Made by a program: the position numbers and the translations under genes. This document shows, piece after piece, positions 63,047-64,000 of a stretch of 64,000 nucleotides of DNA. Origin of the DNA: Carcharhinus longimanus (taxonomy: Eukaryota); contig JASCQW010000190.1 of the NCBI GenBank assembly GCA_030264375.1, positions 25,666,409-25,730,408 on the forward strand, written 5' to 3'. Under the pieces are notes generated by a model that was not told the DNA's origin, ran no database searches, and was given only the letters and a program-made list of their open reading frames with translations. The stretch's first letter is position 1, and the number at the start of each line of letters is the position of its first letter.

Positions 63047-63183
63047 CGAGTTATCACTTTCCAGGGTTCTTTTGTTGTTGCTGTTTATCGAACCTTCATA
63101 TGGACCCCAGGATAATCCTTTTGCCAGGCTTTGACATGCACGCACTTGCATTTCAGTGTCCAGGTGATGTAGCTCCAGTGACT
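63047..63183 (-). CDS. ZFPM1: ZFPM1/FOG1 coding exon (equivalent to human exon 4), start of PR/SET-like domain
   Basis: Acceptor tttaatcag|AG, donor TCG|gtagga, 137 nt, phase 1 to 0. Encodes (E)SLELHHLDTEMQVRACQSLAKGLSWGPYEGSINSNNKRTLESDNS; GLSWGP matches the FOG1 PR-like region as recalled. Confidence 0.88.
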
Positions 63184-64000
63184 CTGATTAAAATGAAATT
63201 TGAATAAAATAATTTAAATGAGATATTTCTTAGACCGCCCTTTATCATGCAATATAACATCTGCCTAAAACAAGACAAAGAGGTGTTCCCTTTAAAGCAA
63301 CTTGGAATGCAAGGAAAGTTGGGATGGGGAGATCAGATTCTCTGGGAAAGTATTCCACTCTTCCTTATCCTAAAATAAAAATAGCATGGACCAAAACAGC
63401 ATTTTCGAACTGCTTAATGGAGATCCAGAATTTTGCCAGCTTCTATTCTGATAATGCAAATTATTGGGTTGAGCCGTATGAACCCTGGTACACATCCACA
63501 CACTTCAGTGGACCAGAACTTTGAACCAACTTGAGTGCCAATAGGTCCCATAAAATAACACTACCAGCTGTCCCCACACTGCCACACTTTTTTTTCATGA
63601 GAATTAAGGATTTATCAAAAGATTGAGGAACAGGAACCCTCTTTGGTGTTGTCTTGTCCAATACAGAAATCAACATTCTGGAAAAGAATGCTCACCTGGA
63701 AGTGAACTTTGAGAAATCAATCAGTAACACATTGCTTTTTTCAGGATAATGTCCATCTCCTGTAAAAGGTTGGCCAATTTTTTAATCACTTTGATAGATA
63801 TACAGACAGGTCTCTGCTCTGTTTTAAAATGGCCATTTGCAATGACCACAAATGTGAGCATGGTAAGTCTTCAACAATAACAATGAATTCTCAAGTGAAG
63901 GTGCACAGCTGCTGAGAGGTGAAAAGAATAATAGAACTTTCATTTATGGGATTTTTTTTAAAAAAGTGCTGGTCACACCATTTGGTTCGATTTGTGAATA

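Noticed and set aside
14305-63183. Calling the gene ZFPM2/FOG2
   Set aside because: Finger 1 and the extra pair are FOG2-like, but [11 protein letters not shown], the ERPFVCLIC and STTRDILYSH fingers, the CPYCP finger and the [27 protein letters not shown]..EHVK end are FOG1 hallmarks.
1-64000. CRISPR arrays, operons or prokaryotic defence systems
   Set aside because: Eukaryotic intron-exon DNA; no regularly spaced repeat-spacer array seen.

Overview
AT-rich vertebrate genomic DNA. The repeat content (HE1/V-SINEs, a SacSINE1-like DeuSINE, CR1 and L2 LINEs) points to a cartilaginous fish, most likely a shark. The window holds one protein-coding gene on the minus strand: ZFPM1/FOG1 (Friend of GATA 1). 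I reconstructed seven coding exons by hand, all with GT-AG sites and consistent phases: 63047-63183, 41231-41333, 33446-33682, 32266-32490, 26347-26442, 17162-17305 and 14305-16808 (3446 nt, about 1,148 aa). The N-terminal exons lie beyond the right edge. Two exons are absent from the supplied ORF track. The remainder is intronic or intergenic DNA dense in decayed retroelements, with several N gaps. Main points: (1) two copies of a U2 snRNA-derived retroposon, each with its own target-site duplication (TSD) and sharing non-U2 changes, a candidate SINEU-like family in sharks; (2) an 11-finger FOG1 that carries both the FOG1-type and an apparently FOG2-type C2H2 finger pair, with in-frame exon skipping able to give a FOG2-like layout; (3) short Penelope-type elements with minimal hammerhead ribozyme motifs and TSDs; (4) a dense GATA/RUNX/E-box cluster in an intron. 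All family assignments rest on recalled consensus sequences, not database searches.
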